Origin: Myxococcota bacterium
GTDB taxonomy: Bacteria; Myxococcota_A; UBA796; CAJQPC01
Reading direction: 5' to 3'
DNA: 64,000 nt
Assembly: GCA_036229005.1 (NCBI GenBank)
Contig: JAZAMN010000003.1
Location: forward strand, 32,001 to 96,000
Of this stretch, positions 19,515 through 31,196 are shown in pieces; positions within the stretch are counted from its first letter, which is position 1, and every line of letters begins with the position of its first letter. A program made the position numbers and the translations under genes. The notes under the pieces are model-generated. The model was not told where the DNA came from. It ran no database searches and was given only the letters and a program-made list of their open reading frames with translations.

Positions 19515-19811
19515 TCAGCTCAGGCGCTCCCGGGCCTGGACCACCGCGTCGCGCGTGAAGATCCGCGAGAGCCGCTGCTTCTCTTGGCCATCCACGAAGA
19601 GCAGCAGGGTGGGGGTCGCGAACACCAGGAGCTGACCGCCCACCTCCGGGCTGTCGTTGAGGTCCACCTCCACGAAGCGCCAGCCGTCCTGGGAGAAGGT
19701 CTGCTCGATGAAGGGGAGCAGGGCGTTCGCGGGGCCGCAGGCGGGGCGGGTCAGCCACACGGCGAGGCGAGGGGAGTCCTGGCGGAGATCGTCGAAGTCG
19801 GAGAGTTCCAT
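19515..19811 (-). CDS. Thioredoxin-fold protein with CGPA (single Cys) motif
   Basis: WLTRPACGPA, FVEVDL, VFATPTLLLFVDGQEKQR. Confidence 0.8.
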   Translation of the reverse strand: MELSDFDDLRQDSPRLAVWLTRPACGPANALLPFIEQTFSQDGWRFVEVDLNDSPEVGGQLLVFATPTLLLFVDGQEKQRLSRIFTRDAVVQARERLS

Positions 19812-19915
19812 GCGCCCTGACTAATCATGCCGGGGGGCCGGGGAAGGGGCCGCGACGCGGGGGCTGATCCACCTCTGCGTGTGCCCGCGGAGCGCTTGCG
19901 AAGTACAGTGCGGCC

Positions 19916-21010
19916 ATGTCCGGAATCCTTGTCCGTCAGTCCCTGCGCAACCTGGTCGACGAAGGCCACATCCAGGCCCTCATCCCCGTCCAGGACAAGC
20001 AGATCCAGCCCAGCTCGCTGGACCTCCGGCTGGGGGCGCGGATCTGGCAGCTTCAGTGCTCGTTCCTCCCGGGGCCCCAGGGGATCGAGCGGAAGCTGGG
20101 TCGTCTGGCCACCGCGGCCCACCGTCTCCACCGCGACGCTCCGCTCGTGCTTCATCAAGGCGGGGTCTACCTGGCCGAAGTCGAGGAAGTGCTGGAGCTG
20201 CCCGACGGCGTCTGGGGGCGGGGCAATCCCAAGTCGTCCACCGGGCGCCTGGACGTGTTCGTCCGCCTGCTGACGGAGCAGGGCTACGCCTTCGACACGG
20301 TCCCCGCTGGGTACCGCGGCAAGCTCTTCCTGGAGATCACGCCGCAGTCCTTTCACGTGGCCGTGCGCCGCGGGGACCTGCTGGGGCAGCTCCGCCTGGC
20401 CACCGGTGACCCCCGCGTCGGTGTGGATGAGCTCAACCGCTACCAGGAGCAGTCGCCGCTGTGCATCTGGTCGGACGGCTCTCCGGCTCCCGTGGTGGAC
20501 CGCCCCCCGGGGGTCCTGCTCTCGGTGGACCTGGAGGCTGCTCACGGCGGCCCTGCGGGCTACCTGGCGCGGCGCCACCAGCCCCCCGTGGACCTGGCCC
20601 GCCGAAACCTGCGGGTCTCTCGCTGGTGGACCCCGCTGCCCCCCGCCTCGGACGAGGGGCACGTGCTCGAGCCCGAGCAGTTCTACATCTTCGCCACCCG
20701 CGAGCGCCTGTGCATCCCCCCGGAGCTCTGCGCTGAGCTGGTCCCCTTCGACGCCACCAAGGGCGAGCTGCGCACCCACTACGCCGGCTTCATCGACTCC
20801 GGCTTCGGCTGGTCCCCCGAGGGCGGCCCCGGCGCCCGGCTCGTCCTGGAGATCCGCACCCACGACGTGCCCTTCCTGCTGGAGCACGGCCAGCCCTTGT
20901 TCCGCCTGGAGTTCATGCGCAACGAGGCCGTCCCGGACCGCCTCTACGGGGCCGAGGGCTCGAACTACCAGAACCAGGGCCTCAAGCTCGCCAAGCAGTT
21001 CGGGGGCTGA
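19916..21010 (+). CDS. dcd: dCTP deaminase, long two-domain type
   Basis: QIQPSSLDLRLG, NPKSSTGRLDVF, HYAGFIDSGFG, SNYQNQGLKLAKQF. Confidence 0.93.
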   Translation: MSGILVRQSLRNLVDEGHIQALIPVQDKQIQPSSLDLRLGARIWQLQCSFLPGPQGIERKLGRLATAAHRLHRDAPLVLHQGGVYLAEVEEVLELPDGVWGRGNPKSSTGRLDVFVRLLTEQGYAFDTVPAGYRGKLFLEITPQSFHVAVRRGDLLGQLRLATGDPRVGVDELNRYQEQSPLCIWSDGSPAPVVDRPPGVLLSVDLEAAHGGPAGYLARRHQPPVDLARRNLRVSRWWTPLPPASDEGHVLEPEQFYIFATRERLCIPPELCAELVPFDATKGELRTHYAGFIDSGFGWSPEGGPGARLVLEIRTHDVPFLLEHGQPLFRLEFMRNEAVPDRLYGAEGSNYQNQGLKLAKQFGG

Positions 21011-21013
21011 GGG

Positions 21014-22111
21014 CTACTCCTTCCTCCCCAGCGACCCCCGCAGCAGCCGGTTCTCGACCACCTTCTTCTGCCGGTCCTTGTAGAGCCGGTGCGCGTTCGG
21101 TCCCGACTCGTTGGCCTCGGCGGTCTCCTGGTCGACGAGCTGGAACTCCACCATCACGTAGACGATGCGGCCCAACAGGTAGGTCGCCTGATCGCCCATG
21201 CGCGCGATCACGTCGTCCACGCGCACCGGGTAGTCCACGATGAAGTTGATGACCCGGTAGCCCTTGGACGAGAAGGGGTTCAGCGGCGGGGCCTCTGTGG
21301 GCTCCTTGTAGGAGAGCCGCTGCATCTGCTCGGCCATCTCCGCCAGCTTGGGCACGCTGGCGAGGGCGCCGCGCAGGTCCATCAGGTTGTTGTGGCTCTC
21401 GTCCGGGATGACGTAGTTCATCGGGAAGAGGTTGCGGTGCAGGTAGGCCAGCAGGGGCAGCAGCTCCTCTGGGCGCTCGACCACGATCCGGAAGCGGATC
21501 TTGTCGTAGAGGGTCGCGGCGATGGACTCGCGCTTGGAGAGCAGCTTCGAGATGACGCTCGTGCGGGTCTTGCGGGAGCTGTAGAAGCCCACCAGGGGGT
21601 AGCCCTCCCGGCGCATCTCATCGGCCTTCTCGATGATGCTGCGCTCGACGCGATCGATCAGCTCGACCTCGGAGATGGGCAGCCGGTGCTTGAGGTCCGC
21701 GGCCTCCATGTGGTTGATGGTGTGCATGAGCTTGAGGATCATGCAGGCCATCGACTGGTGCCGGCGGAAGCGGCCGGACACGGTGCTGGCGGCGATGAAG
21801 ATCTGCCGCACATCGTCCGGATCGCGCAGGTCATCCGGGAAGCGCAGGTCGTGGTGCTCCTCCAGGTAGTTGATCGACTGGTTGAACACAAAGCGCAGGC
21901 GCTCGCGGTCGGCCGGGTCGTCCGGGTCGATCAGGCTGACGCGCAGGAACTCGTCGACCTTGTCCAGGGTGTCCAGGTCCAGCTTGTGCCAGTCGATCAC
22001 GCTGGTGCCGTCCAGGATCAGGCGGATGGCCTCCAGGTCGTGGCGCTCCAGATCCTCCACCTGGAAGGCGGCTGCGAAGCTGGTGTCGATGTGGAGGATG
22101 TCTCGGCCCAT
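21014..22111 (-). CDS. TIGR04552-like protein (RelA/SpoT-type nucleotidyltransferase fold)
   Basis: SVIDWHKL, RKTRTSVISKLLSKRESIAATLYDKIRFRIVV, NPFSSKGYRVINF, VEFQLVD, HRLYK. Confidence 0.8.
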   Translation of the reverse strand: MGRDILHIDTSFAAAFQVEDLERHDLEAIRLILDGTSVIDWHKLDLDTLDKVDEFLRVSLIDPDDPADRERLRFVFNQSINYLEEHHDLRFPDDLRDPDDVRQIFIAASTVSGRFRRHQSMACMILKLMHTINHMEAADLKHRLPISEVELIDRVERSIIEKADEMRREGYPLVGFYSSRKTRTSVISKLLSKRESIAATLYDKIRFRIVVERPEELLPLLAYLHRNLFPMNYVIPDESHNNLMDLRGALASVPKLAEMAEQMQRLSYKEPTEAPPLNPFSSKGYRVINFIVDYPVRVDDVIARMGDQATYLLGRIVYVMVEFQLVDQETAEANESGPNAHRLYKDRQKKVVENRLLRGSLGRKE

Positions 22112-22226
22112 GGCCGGGGGAATAACCCGCGACCCGGCCCGTAGGCTGTCTGCGCCCCCTGGACCCGGCGATGGACCCTGCGACAGTCCATCCAAGGTGT
22201 TACCCCTGGCGGCCGGAGCGAGACCC

Positions 22227-23033
22227 ATGAGCGAGCTGGTCGAGAAGAGCCCCGCCGAGTCGGCGGACTACACGCCCATCAACACCGCCACCATGGCGGG
22301 CAAGGCCCAGATCCTCGGCGCCGCCCTTGGGGCCACCCTCAAGGGGATCCCCGCGCTGTTGCCGCTGGTGCTGCTGGTCGGTGGCCTGGGCCACCTGGTC
22401 ATGAGCTGGGGCGGGGCGCTGATGGTCGACATCCTCAAGCCCACCGGGCAGGGGGAGCTCTGGACCAGCGAGCTCACCAAGCAGGGCGTCGCGATCCTGT
22501 GGTTCATCCTGGCAAAGCCCCTGATCGACGCCTCCGCCATCTACGTGTGGCGCAAGGTGCGGCGCGGCCAGGACTTCTCCACCGGGCAGGTCCTGAACTG
22601 GGCCATCGGGCGCTACAAGCGCATGCTCAAGCCCCACGCCGCCAAGTTCCTGACGGTCTCCTTGGGCCTGATCATCGTCGTCCCGGGCGTGCTCTTTGGC
22701 CTGCAGTACGCGTTCGTCCACGCGATCGCCGCGACCGAGGAAGACCCCAAGAGCGTGCTCTCCAAGAGCCAGCGCTTCACCCAGGGCCGCCGCGGGCGCA
22801 TCGCCGCCGTCTGGGTGCCCTATGCCCTGCTGTGGTACCCGGCCTACTCCGTCATCGCGACCTACCAGGTGGAAGCCTGGGGCTGGTACGCCGTCGCCGG
22901 CTTCGGCGCCCTGGACATGCTCTTCCTGACCATCATGACCATGGTGCTCTACGGCATGTACGAGGAGCGCGTCCATGACGCCCGCATCGCCAAGGCCCGC
23001 CGCGACGCCAAGAAGTCTGACGCCGAGGCCTGA
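22227..23033 (+). CDS. Multi-pass membrane protein (about 5-6 TM)
   Basis: Hydrophobic spans; GLIIVVPGV...LSKSQRFTQGRR pattern; GGAG RBS. Confidence 0.75.
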   Translation: MSELVEKSPAESADYTPINTATMAGKAQILGAALGATLKGIPALLPLVLLVGGLGHLVMSWGGALMVDILKPTGQGELWTSELTKQGVAILWFILAKPLIDASAIYVWRKVRRGQDFSTGQVLNWAIGRYKRMLKPHAAKFLTVSLGLIIVVPGVLFGLQYAFVHAIAATEEDPKSVLSKSQRFTQGRRGRIAAVWVPYALLWYPAYSVIATYQVEAWGWYAVAGFGALDMLFLTIMTMVLYGMYEERVHDARIAKARRDAKKSDAEA

Positions 23034-23068
23034 GCCTCACGCGCCGAGCGCGCACAAAGGAGCTGCCC

Positions 23069-26000
23069 GTGCCTGAGACCTGGACCGGGCTGCCCCAGGG
23101 CGCCACCGCGTTCGCCATCGCCCAGCTCCTGCGCAACGAGCCGCAGCAGGCCTGGGTGGTCGCCCCCGACGTGGCCGAGGCCGAGCGCCTGGCCGCCGAG
23201 CTGGCGTGGCATGGCTGCAAGGTGGCCTACTACCCGCCCAACGACACGCGCCCCTATGAGGGGCTGAACCCGCACCCCGAGCTACCTCGGGAGCGGATCC
23301 TGGCCTTGCACAAGCTGGCGCGCGCCCAGGTGCAGGTGGTGGTGAGCCCAGCCCGCGCGCTTGCCCTCAAGACCCTCTCTCCCCAGACCCTTGCCGGAGG
23401 CGGGGAGCTGCGGGTCGGTCAGCAGATCGAGCCCGCCGATCTGGCCGCCCGCCTGGAGGCCCTGGGCTACCTTCCGGTCAAGCGGGTCGAGGACCCCGGG
23501 AACCTCCACCACCGCGGCGGAGAGACCCTGGACTGCTGGCCTCCCGGGCTCTCGGAGCCCGTGCGCATCGAGTGGTTCGATGACGAGATCGAGCGCATCA
23601 ACACGCTGGACCTCGACACTCTGCACTCCAAGGAGCCCCTGGACACCTTGGAGCTGCTGCCCGCACGCGAGGAGGTGCTGGGAGAGGACGCCCTGTCCCG
23701 CGCTCGGCGCCTGCTCCGCGAGCGCTGCGAGGCCCTGGGCTACGGCGAGGCCCTGCGCCGGGAGGTCCTGGAGGACGCCCGCTCCGGCCTGCGCTTCTCG
23801 GGCATGGACGCCTGGCTGCCCGCCTTCCAGGAGCTCGTGCCCCCCCAGAGCCACGCGGAGCTGCGCTGGATCGTCCTGGACCACCAGGCCTGCGTGGACA
23901 GCGTCGAGCAGCAGTGGGCCAACCTGGAGAGCGCCTACGCCGGCATGAAGCGCGCCGAGCGCCCCCTGGTGACCCCGCAGGAGCGCTACCAGGGCCCCCA
24001 GGACATCGAGGACCTGTTCCAGGACGCCCTCCGCATCGAGGCCCTGGCCTTTGACGGCGCCAGGCAGCGCGGCTTCTCCGCGAACCAGGATCTGCGGGTC
24101 AGCGGGGGCGAGCTCGCGCCTATCGTGGGGCGCCTGAGCCAGTGGCTGGATGAAGGCTGGCGGGTGGCTCTGGTGGCCGACTCCAGCTCGCGCGCGGAGC
24201 GGATGCGGCAGCTCTTCACGCCCCACGGCCTGAGCCCCGAGCCCTCCCGGCAGCACGACCCCGAGCAGTGGGCGCCCGGCAAGCTGCTGCTCTTGCGCGG
24301 CGACCTGCCCCGCGGCTTCCGGAGCGAGACCCAGCAGCTCGCCCTGATCACGGCGGATGAGGTCTTCGGCGCCAAGCACCGGGTGCGTCATGGGGCCGCC
24401 CGTCGCCGGCGAATGGGGCGGGACAACGCCCAGATCGAGTCCTTCGGCCAGCTCTCCCACGGCGACCTGGTCGTCCACGAGCGCCACGGCATCGGCCGCT
24501 ACCTGGGCCTGGACACCCTGGACCTGGGCAGCGGGCCCCAGGACATGGTGCAGCTCGAATACCGCGGCGGCGCGACCATGTACCTGCCGGTGTTCCGGCT
24601 CAACCAGCTCTACAGCTACCGCCACACCGGCGAGGGCGAGGTCAAGCTCGACAAGCTGGGCGGCGAGACCTGGATCAAGCGCAAGGCCAAGGTCAAGGCC
24701 GAGGTCATCAAGCTGGCCCACGAGCTGCTGGAGCTGCAGGCCCGGCGCGAGGTCCACGGAGGCCACGCCTACTCGGGCTTCTCCAGCCGCTTCCGGGCCT
24801 TCGAGGAGGCCTTCCCCTACACCGAGACACCCGACCAGCAGGCCGCCATCGACGAGGTGCTGGAGGACCTGTCCATGGAGCGCCCCATGGACCGCCTGGT
24901 CGTCGGGGACGCCGGCTTCGGCAAGACAGAGGTCGCCATGCGCGCGGCCTTCCGGGTCATCGAGGAGGGGCGTCAGGTGGCGCTGCTCTGCCCGACCACC
25001 GTGCTGGCTTTCCAGCACAGCCGCACCCTCCAGGAGCGCATGGGCCCCTTCGGCGTCAAGGTCGGCCTGCTCTCCCGCTTCGGCGACGCGGCCCAGGCCC
25101 GCGCCCTCAAGGCCGGGCTCAAGAGCGGCGAGATCGACGTCGTGGTCGGGACCACCTCCATCCTGGGTCGCGGGGTGCGCTTCCAGGACCTGGGGCTGGT
25201 CATCGTGGACGAGGAGCACCGCTTCGGCGTCCGCCAGAAGGAGAAGCTCAAGAAGCTGCGCGCCGAGGTGGACTACCTGGCCCTCTCGGCCACCCCCATC
25301 CCGCGCACCCTGCACATGGCCATGAGCGGGATCCGCGGCTTCTCCATCATCTCCACGCCGCCCCGCGACCGCCTCCCGGTGCGCACCCTGCTGGGCCGCT
25401 TCGGGCCGGGCCGCATCCGCGAGGAGATCCTGCGGGAGCTGCGCCGCGGTGGGCAGGTGTTCTTTGTCCACAACCGCATCCAGTCCATCCAGTCGGTGGC
25501 CCGGACCATCCGAGAGGCCGTGCCCGAGGCCAAGCTCGCCATCGCCCACGGGCAGCTCCCTGACGCCGAGCTGGAGACCGTGCTGGTGGACTTCGTGGAG
25601 CGCCGCGCGGACGTGCTGCTCTGCACCGCGATCATCGAGTCGGGCATCGACATGCCCAACGTGAACACCATCGTGGTCAACCAGGCCGACCGCTTCGGGC
25701 TGGCCGCGCTCTACCAGCTCCGCGGGCGCGTCGGCCGCTCCCACCGCCGCGGCTACTGCACCCTGCTGGTGGACGAAGGCAAGCGCCTGACCCGCGAGGC
25801 CCAGGAGCGCCTGCGCATCATCCAGGAGAACACCCGCCTGGGCAGCGGCTTCTCGGTGGCCAGCGCGGATCTCGAGCTGCGCGGGGCCGGGAACCTCCTC
25901 GGGGACCGCCAGCACGGCCAGATCGCCGCGGTGGGCTTCGAGACCTACATGCAGCTCCTGGAGGAGGCGATGGATGAGGCCGCCGGCGTGGCAGAACGCG

Positions 26001-26452
26001 CCCGGATCGAGCCCGACATCAACATCCCGAGGCCTGCGTTCATCCCCGAGGACTACCTGCCCGGGGTCGCCGAGCGCCTGCGGCTGTACAAGCGCCTCAG
26101 CTCGGGGCGCGACGTCGCCGAGGTGCGCGACGCCATGGACTGGACCGAGCAGGAGTACGGCGAGCTCCCCCAGCCCCTGCTCAACCTGGGGCGCCTGCTG
26201 GAGATCCAGGCCCGCTGCCGCCAGCTCGGCATCCTCAAGGTGGCCTGGCTCCAGGTGCGGGCCGTGCTCGTGCTGCACGAGTCCCACACGCTGGACACGG
26301 ATCGCCTGTCCTCGCTGATGCAGACGATGCCCAAGCGGGTGCGGCGGAAGGGCCCAGAGACCCTGGAGGTGAGCTTCACACCCCAGGAGGCCAACCAGCC
26401 CTACCTCTTCCTGCATTGGGCGCTGGATCTGCTGGAGGGCAGGGGCGCCTGA
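23069..26452 (+). CDS. mfd: Transcription-repair coupling factor
   Basis: GDLVVHERHGIGRY, FPYTETPDQ, GDAGFGKTEVA, DEEHRFGV, SATPIPRTL, QLRGRVGR, DLELRGAGNLLG, TRCF domain. Confidence 0.98.
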   Translation: MPETWTGLPQGATAFAIAQLLRNEPQQAWVVAPDVAEAERLAAELAWHGCKVAYYPPNDTRPYEGLNPHPELPRERILALHKLARAQVQVVVSPARALALKTLSPQTLAGGGELRVGQQIEPADLAARLEALGYLPVKRVEDPGNLHHRGGETLDCWPPGLSEPVRIEWFDDEIERINTLDLDTLHSKEPLDTLELLPAREEVLGEDALSRARRLLRERCEALGYGEALRREVLEDARSGLRFSGMDAWLPAFQELVPPQSHAELRWIVLDHQACVDSVEQQWANLESAYAGMKRAERPLVTPQERYQGPQDIEDLFQDALRIEALAFDGARQRGFSANQDLRVSGGELAPIVGRLSQWLDEGWRVALVADSSSRAERMRQLFTPHGLSPEPSRQHDPEQWAPGKLLLLRGDLPRGFRSETQQLALITADEVFGAKHRVRHGAARRRRMGRDNAQIESFGQLSHGDLVVHERHGIGRYLGLDTLDLGSGPQDMVQLEYRGGATMYLPVFRLNQLYSYRHTGEGEVKLDKLGGETWIKRKAKVKAEVIKLAHELLELQARREVHGGHAYSGFSSRFRAFEEAFPYTETPDQQAAIDEVLEDLSMERPMDRLVVGDAGFGKTEVAMRAAFRVIEEGRQVALLCPTTVLAFQHSRTLQERMGPFGVKVGLLSRFGDAAQARALKAGLKSGEIDVVVGTTSILGRGVRFQDLGLVIVDEEHRFGVRQKEKLKKLRAEVDYLALSATPIPRTLHMAMSGIRGFSIISTPPRDRLPVRTLLGRFGPGRIREEILRELRRGGQVFFVHNRIQSIQSVARTIREAVPEAKLAIAHGQLPDAELETVLVDFVERRADVLLCTAIIESGIDMPNVNTIVVNQADRFGLAALYQLRGRVGRSHRRGYCTLLVDEGKRLTREAQERLRIIQENTRLGSGFSVASADLELRGAGNLLGDRQHGQIAAVGFETYMQLLEEAMDEAAGVAERARIEPDINIPRPAFIPEDYLPGVAERLRLYKRLSSGRDVAEVRDAMDWTEQEYGELPQPLLNLGRLLEIQARCRQLGILKVAWLQVRAVLVLHESHTLDTDRLSSLMQTMPKRVRRKGPETLEVSFTPQEANQPYLFLHWALDLLEGRGA

Positions 26453-26482
26453 GGGCGCTAAGCTCCAGGGAGGAGGGAGAGA

Positions 26483-27610
26483 ATGCTGCTGCTTTTGCTG
26501 GCTTGTGGGCCCACCACTCCGGACTCCGCGGCCCCGGACACAGGCTCGGGACTGCCTCCCATCGACGAGGTCACCTCGGCGCGTCTCCAGGCAGCCTTGG
26601 AGCAGGTCCACGCGGAGCTCGGGGTCCCGGGCATCACCGCTGCCTACCACCAGGAGGGCCACCAGGTCTGGACCGGGTCGGTCGGCATCGTCGACTGGGA
26701 CACGCAGGCCGCGATCGCACCGCAGCAGCCGCTCAAGGCCGGCAGCATCACCAAGACCGTGACCGCGGCGGCCACTCTGCAGCTCGTCGAGGCCGGGGAT
26801 CTGGGCCTGGACGACGGGGTGGGGGAGTACGTGCCCTCCTTGGCGCAGCACGAGGGCTTGCAGGTCCGACACCTGCTCAACCACAGCTCGGGGCTGGAGG
26901 AGTACCCCGCGCTGATCGAGGCCTCCGAGCTCTCCGAGCCTTGGACCGAGGAGGCGCTCCTGGCCCTGATCGCCGAGCAGGAGCTGCGCTTCCCGCCCGG
27001 CTCGCAGCACGTCTACACCAACGCCAACTACCTGGTGCTGGGGCTCGTTCTGGAGGCCGTCACCGGCGAGGACTGGCAGACCACGACGGGCGCGCTGCTC
27101 CAGGAGCACGCGGGCGCGCAGGCCAGAATCCCGGACCCGGCGGGGGGCTGGGGCGAGATCGGCGCGGGCTACATGCTGGGTGTTCCCGGGGAGCCCATCG
27201 CGGTCGACGGGGAGATCGACTTCAAGGACTACCTGCACAACTCCGTGCTGGGGGCCGCTGGGAACATGAGCTCGGATGCGGAGGGGCTGGCGCTCTGGAG
27301 CTCCGCGCTCTGGGGCAGCGACGCGGTGCTCTCGGAGGACACCCTGGCGCTGCAGGTCAGCGAGTCCATGGAGCTCGGCGGCGATACGGCCTACGGCCTG
27401 GGCGTGGTGGTCTCCCAGGACGCCTACGGCCCGCTGCGCTGGCACAACGGCGCGGTCAATGGCTACGTGGCCTGGGCCGGGCACCGCCCCGAGCGGGGTG
27501 AGAGCGTGGCGGTGCTGGGCAACTGCTGGAAGCAGACCATGGCGGGCTGGGACTACACCTGGAGCACCCAGGTCGCCGACGCGCTCTGGGAGGCGGCCTA
27601 CGCGGACTGA
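26483..27610 (+). CDS. Serine hydrolase lipoprotein (class C beta-lactamase/D-Ala-D-Ala peptidase family)
   Basis: SITK (SxxK), LLNHSSGL, YTN, HNG; lipobox LLAC. Confidence 0.92.
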   Translation: MLLLLLACGPTTPDSAAPDTGSGLPPIDEVTSARLQAALEQVHAELGVPGITAAYHQEGHQVWTGSVGIVDWDTQAAIAPQQPLKAGSITKTVTAAATLQLVEAGDLGLDDGVGEYVPSLAQHEGLQVRHLLNHSSGLEEYPALIEASELSEPWTEEALLALIAEQELRFPPGSQHVYTNANYLVLGLVLEAVTGEDWQTTTGALLQEHAGAQARIPDPAGGWGEIGAGYMLGVPGEPIAVDGEIDFKDYLHNSVLGAAGNMSSDAEGLALWSSALWGSDAVLSEDTLALQVSESMELGGDTAYGLGVVVSQDAYGPLRWHNGAVNGYVAWAGHRPERGESVAVLGNCWKQTMAGWDYTWSTQVADALWEAAYAD

Positions 27611-28275
27611 GTCGCGCTTGCTGGGAGCGCTTGGGAGCGGGCGCCTCGCCGCCGCCAAGCCAGGAGGCCCAGGACGCCGAGCAGGCCAAAGAGGCCCCCC
27701 GCGCTCGGGGTGGAGCTGCACCCGCAGCCCTTGGACTCGGCCTCGGCGGTCTCTGCGGCGGGCAGGGCCTCCAACTCAGGCTGGGGGGGCGCGGGCGGCT
27801 CGCGCAGGATCTGCAGGTTGTCCTTGTCCACCTGCTGCAGCCGGCCGTCGGTGTAGGTGGGCTGGGGGCTGTACCAGCCCATCTGGGCGAACACGACCTC
27901 GTGCTGGGCGCTCGCGCTCTTGCGGCCGCGGTGGGCCTTGATGCCGTCCATCAGCAGGCGGCGGTCGGCGGCCTGGTAGGCGCGGGACTCGGCGCCCCCG
28001 ATGGCGCTGTCCAGGCGCTGGAGGCGCCAGACGGTGAGGCCCCGGGTCAGGGTGTTGTTCTCGGGGTCGATCTCGATGGCCTGCAGCAGCGGGTCCAGGG
28101 CGGCGTCGGACGCGGCGACGCAGTCGTAGGCCTCCTTGATGCCTTGTCGGGCCTTGAGGGTGTCCAGGTGGTGCTCCACCGGGCCGCAGGCGCTCAGATC
28201 CGTGGCGGGCAGGTCCGTGGGGGGGAGGTCGGCCGGGGTCTGGGCGAGGGCGAGGGCGCCAAGGAGCAGGGTCAT
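27598..28275 (-). CDS. Secreted protein with YARHG-like domain and MYXO-CTERM tail
   Basis: [11 protein letters not shown]...FAQMGWYSP...[12 protein letters not shown]; tail KGCGCSS...[15 protein letters not shown] overlaps glpK stop. Confidence 0.75.
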   Translation of the reverse strand: MTLLLGALALAQTPADLPPTDLPATDLSACGPVEHHLDTLKARQGIKEAYDCVAASDAALDPLLQAIEIDPENNTLTRGLTVWRLQRLDSAIGGAESRAYQAADRRLLMDGIKAHRGRKSASAQHEVVFAQMGWYSPQPTYTDGRLQQVDKDNLQILREPPAPPQPELEALPAAETAEAESKGCGCSSTPSAGGLFGLLGVLGLLAWRRRGARSQALPASATQSA

Positions 28276-29747
28276 GCCTTCTCCACCGCCACGCGCCAGC
28301 TCTCGAGCAGAGCGTCGCGCTTCTGGGCGGTCATGGTGGGGGTGAAGTCGCGGTCCTTGCGCCAGCTCCGGGCCAGGTCCTGCTGGTCCTTCCAGAGGCC
28401 CACGGCGAGGCCGGCCAGGAAGGCGCTGCCCAGCGCGGTGGTCTCGAGCTGCTGGGGGCGCACGCAGCGGGTGCGGAGCAGGTCGGCCTGGAGCTGCATG
28501 AGCAGGTCGTTCCGGGCGGCGCCGCCGTCCATTCGGAGCTCGGCGAGGGGGGCGCCCAGGTCCTGGCTCATCGCGCGGAGGATGTCGGCGATCTGCAGGG
28601 CCACGCCCTCCAGCGCGGCGCGGGCCAGGTGGGCTTTGGTGGTGCCGCCGGTGATGCCGGTGATGGCGCCGCGGGCCTCGGGTCGCCAGTGGGGGGCGCC
28701 CAGGCCGGAGAGCGCCGGGACGAACACCACGCCACCGGAGTTGGGGACGGAGCGGGCCAGCGCCTCGATCTCGGAGGCGGTGGAGATGATGCCCAGGCCG
28801 TCGCGCAGCCACTGGACCGCGGCGCCCGCGATGAAGGCGCTGCCCTCGATGGCGTACTGGGGCTTCCCGCCCACCCGCCAGGCGACGGTGGTGAGCATGC
28901 CAGCGCTGCTCTGGGTGGGGGTGTCGCCGGTGTTCATCAGCACGAACGCGCCGGTTCCATAGGTGCACTTGGCCATGCCGGGGGAGAAGCAGGCCTGGCC
29001 GAACAGCGCGCCCTGCTGGTCACCGATCAGGCCGGCGACCGGGATCCCATCGGGCAGGAAGGGCACGCCCTTGGTGCTCCCGTAGATCTCCGAGGAGTCC
29101 CGGATCTCCGGCAGGCAGGCCTGGGGGATGCCCAGGATGGCGAGCAGCTCGGGGTCCCACTGCAGGGTGTCCAGGCGCATCAGCAGGGTGCGGCTGGCGT
29201 TGCTGGGATCGGTGACGTGCACCCCCGTCAGGCGGTGGGTGAGCCAGGAGTCGATGGTGCCGAACGCGGCCTTGCCGGAGGCGGCGGCGCTGCGCAGTCC
29301 GGGGACCTGGTCGAGCAGCCAGGCGGCCTTTGTGCCCGAGAAGTAGGGATCCAGGACCAGGCCGGTGCGCTCGCGGAACAGGGGTTCGTGGCCGGCTTCC
29401 TTGAGCTGCTTGCAGCGGTCCGCGGTGCGGCGGTCCTGCCAGACCAGGGCCCGGTGGTAGGCGGTGCCGGTGGCCCGGTCCCAGAACAGCGAGGTCTCCC
29501 GCTGGTTGGTGATGCCGATGGCGGCGATGCGCTCCGGGGAGATCTCCGCCTTGGCCAGGGCGCCCTGCACGGCGGCCCCCACGGACTCCCAGATCTCCTC
29601 GACGTCGTGCTCGACGTAGCCGGGCTGGGGGTAGTGGTTGGGGAACTCGACGTTGTGGGTGGCCAGCACCCGCATGTCCTGGGACAGCAGCAGCGCGGTG
29701 CTGCCGGTGGTCCCCTGATCGATGGCCAGGACCAGATCTCGCGCCAT
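28272..29747 (-). CDS. glpK: Glycerol kinase
   Basis: [49 protein letters not shown]. Confidence 0.98.
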   Translation of the reverse strand: MARDLVLAIDQGTTGSTALLLSQDMRVLATHNVEFPNHYPQPGYVEHDVEEIWESVGAAVQGALAKAEISPERIAAIGITNQRETSLFWDRATGTAYHRALVWQDRRTADRCKQLKEAGHEPLFRERTGLVLDPYFSGTKAAWLLDQVPGLRSAAASGKAAFGTIDSWLTHRLTGVHVTDPSNASRTLLMRLDTLQWDPELLAILGIPQACLPEIRDSSEIYGSTKGVPFLPDGIPVAGLIGDQQGALFGQACFSPGMAKCTYGTGAFVLMNTGDTPTQSSAGMLTTVAWRVGGKPQYAIEGSAFIAGAAVQWLRDGLGIISTASEIEALARSVPNSGGVVFVPALSGLGAPHWRPEARGAITGITGGTTKAHLARAALEGVALQIADILRAMSQDLGAPLAELRMDGGAARNDLLMQLQADLLRTRCVRPQQLETTALGSAFLAGLAVGLWKDQQDLARSWRKDRDFTPTMTAQKRDALLESWRVAVEKA

Positions 29748-29855
29748 GGCGCCTCCTTGGATGCGGGATGTTCCCGCCCACAGCAAGGGTGTGTCAAACC
29801 CGTGGGCGCTGCGCTACGTGGTGCATACAGTTGTCGACCACTTCAAGGGGTGCCC

Positions 29856-31169
<1,314 letters not shown>

Positions 31170-31196
31170 CCCACCCCTCGCTCCCCTGAACCCGCG

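Noticed and set aside
19730..19741. Selenocysteine in the thioredoxin motif
   Set aside because: The codon at the resolving position is GCG (Ala), not TGA
28276..28968. N-terminal half of the 456-aa ORF 27598-28968
   Set aside because: Alternative frame inside glpK; the real gene starts at 28275 with a signal peptide
28629..29855. Long N-terminal extension on pepP (846-aa ORF)
   Set aside because: Antisense to glpK; PepP homology begins at GTG 29856
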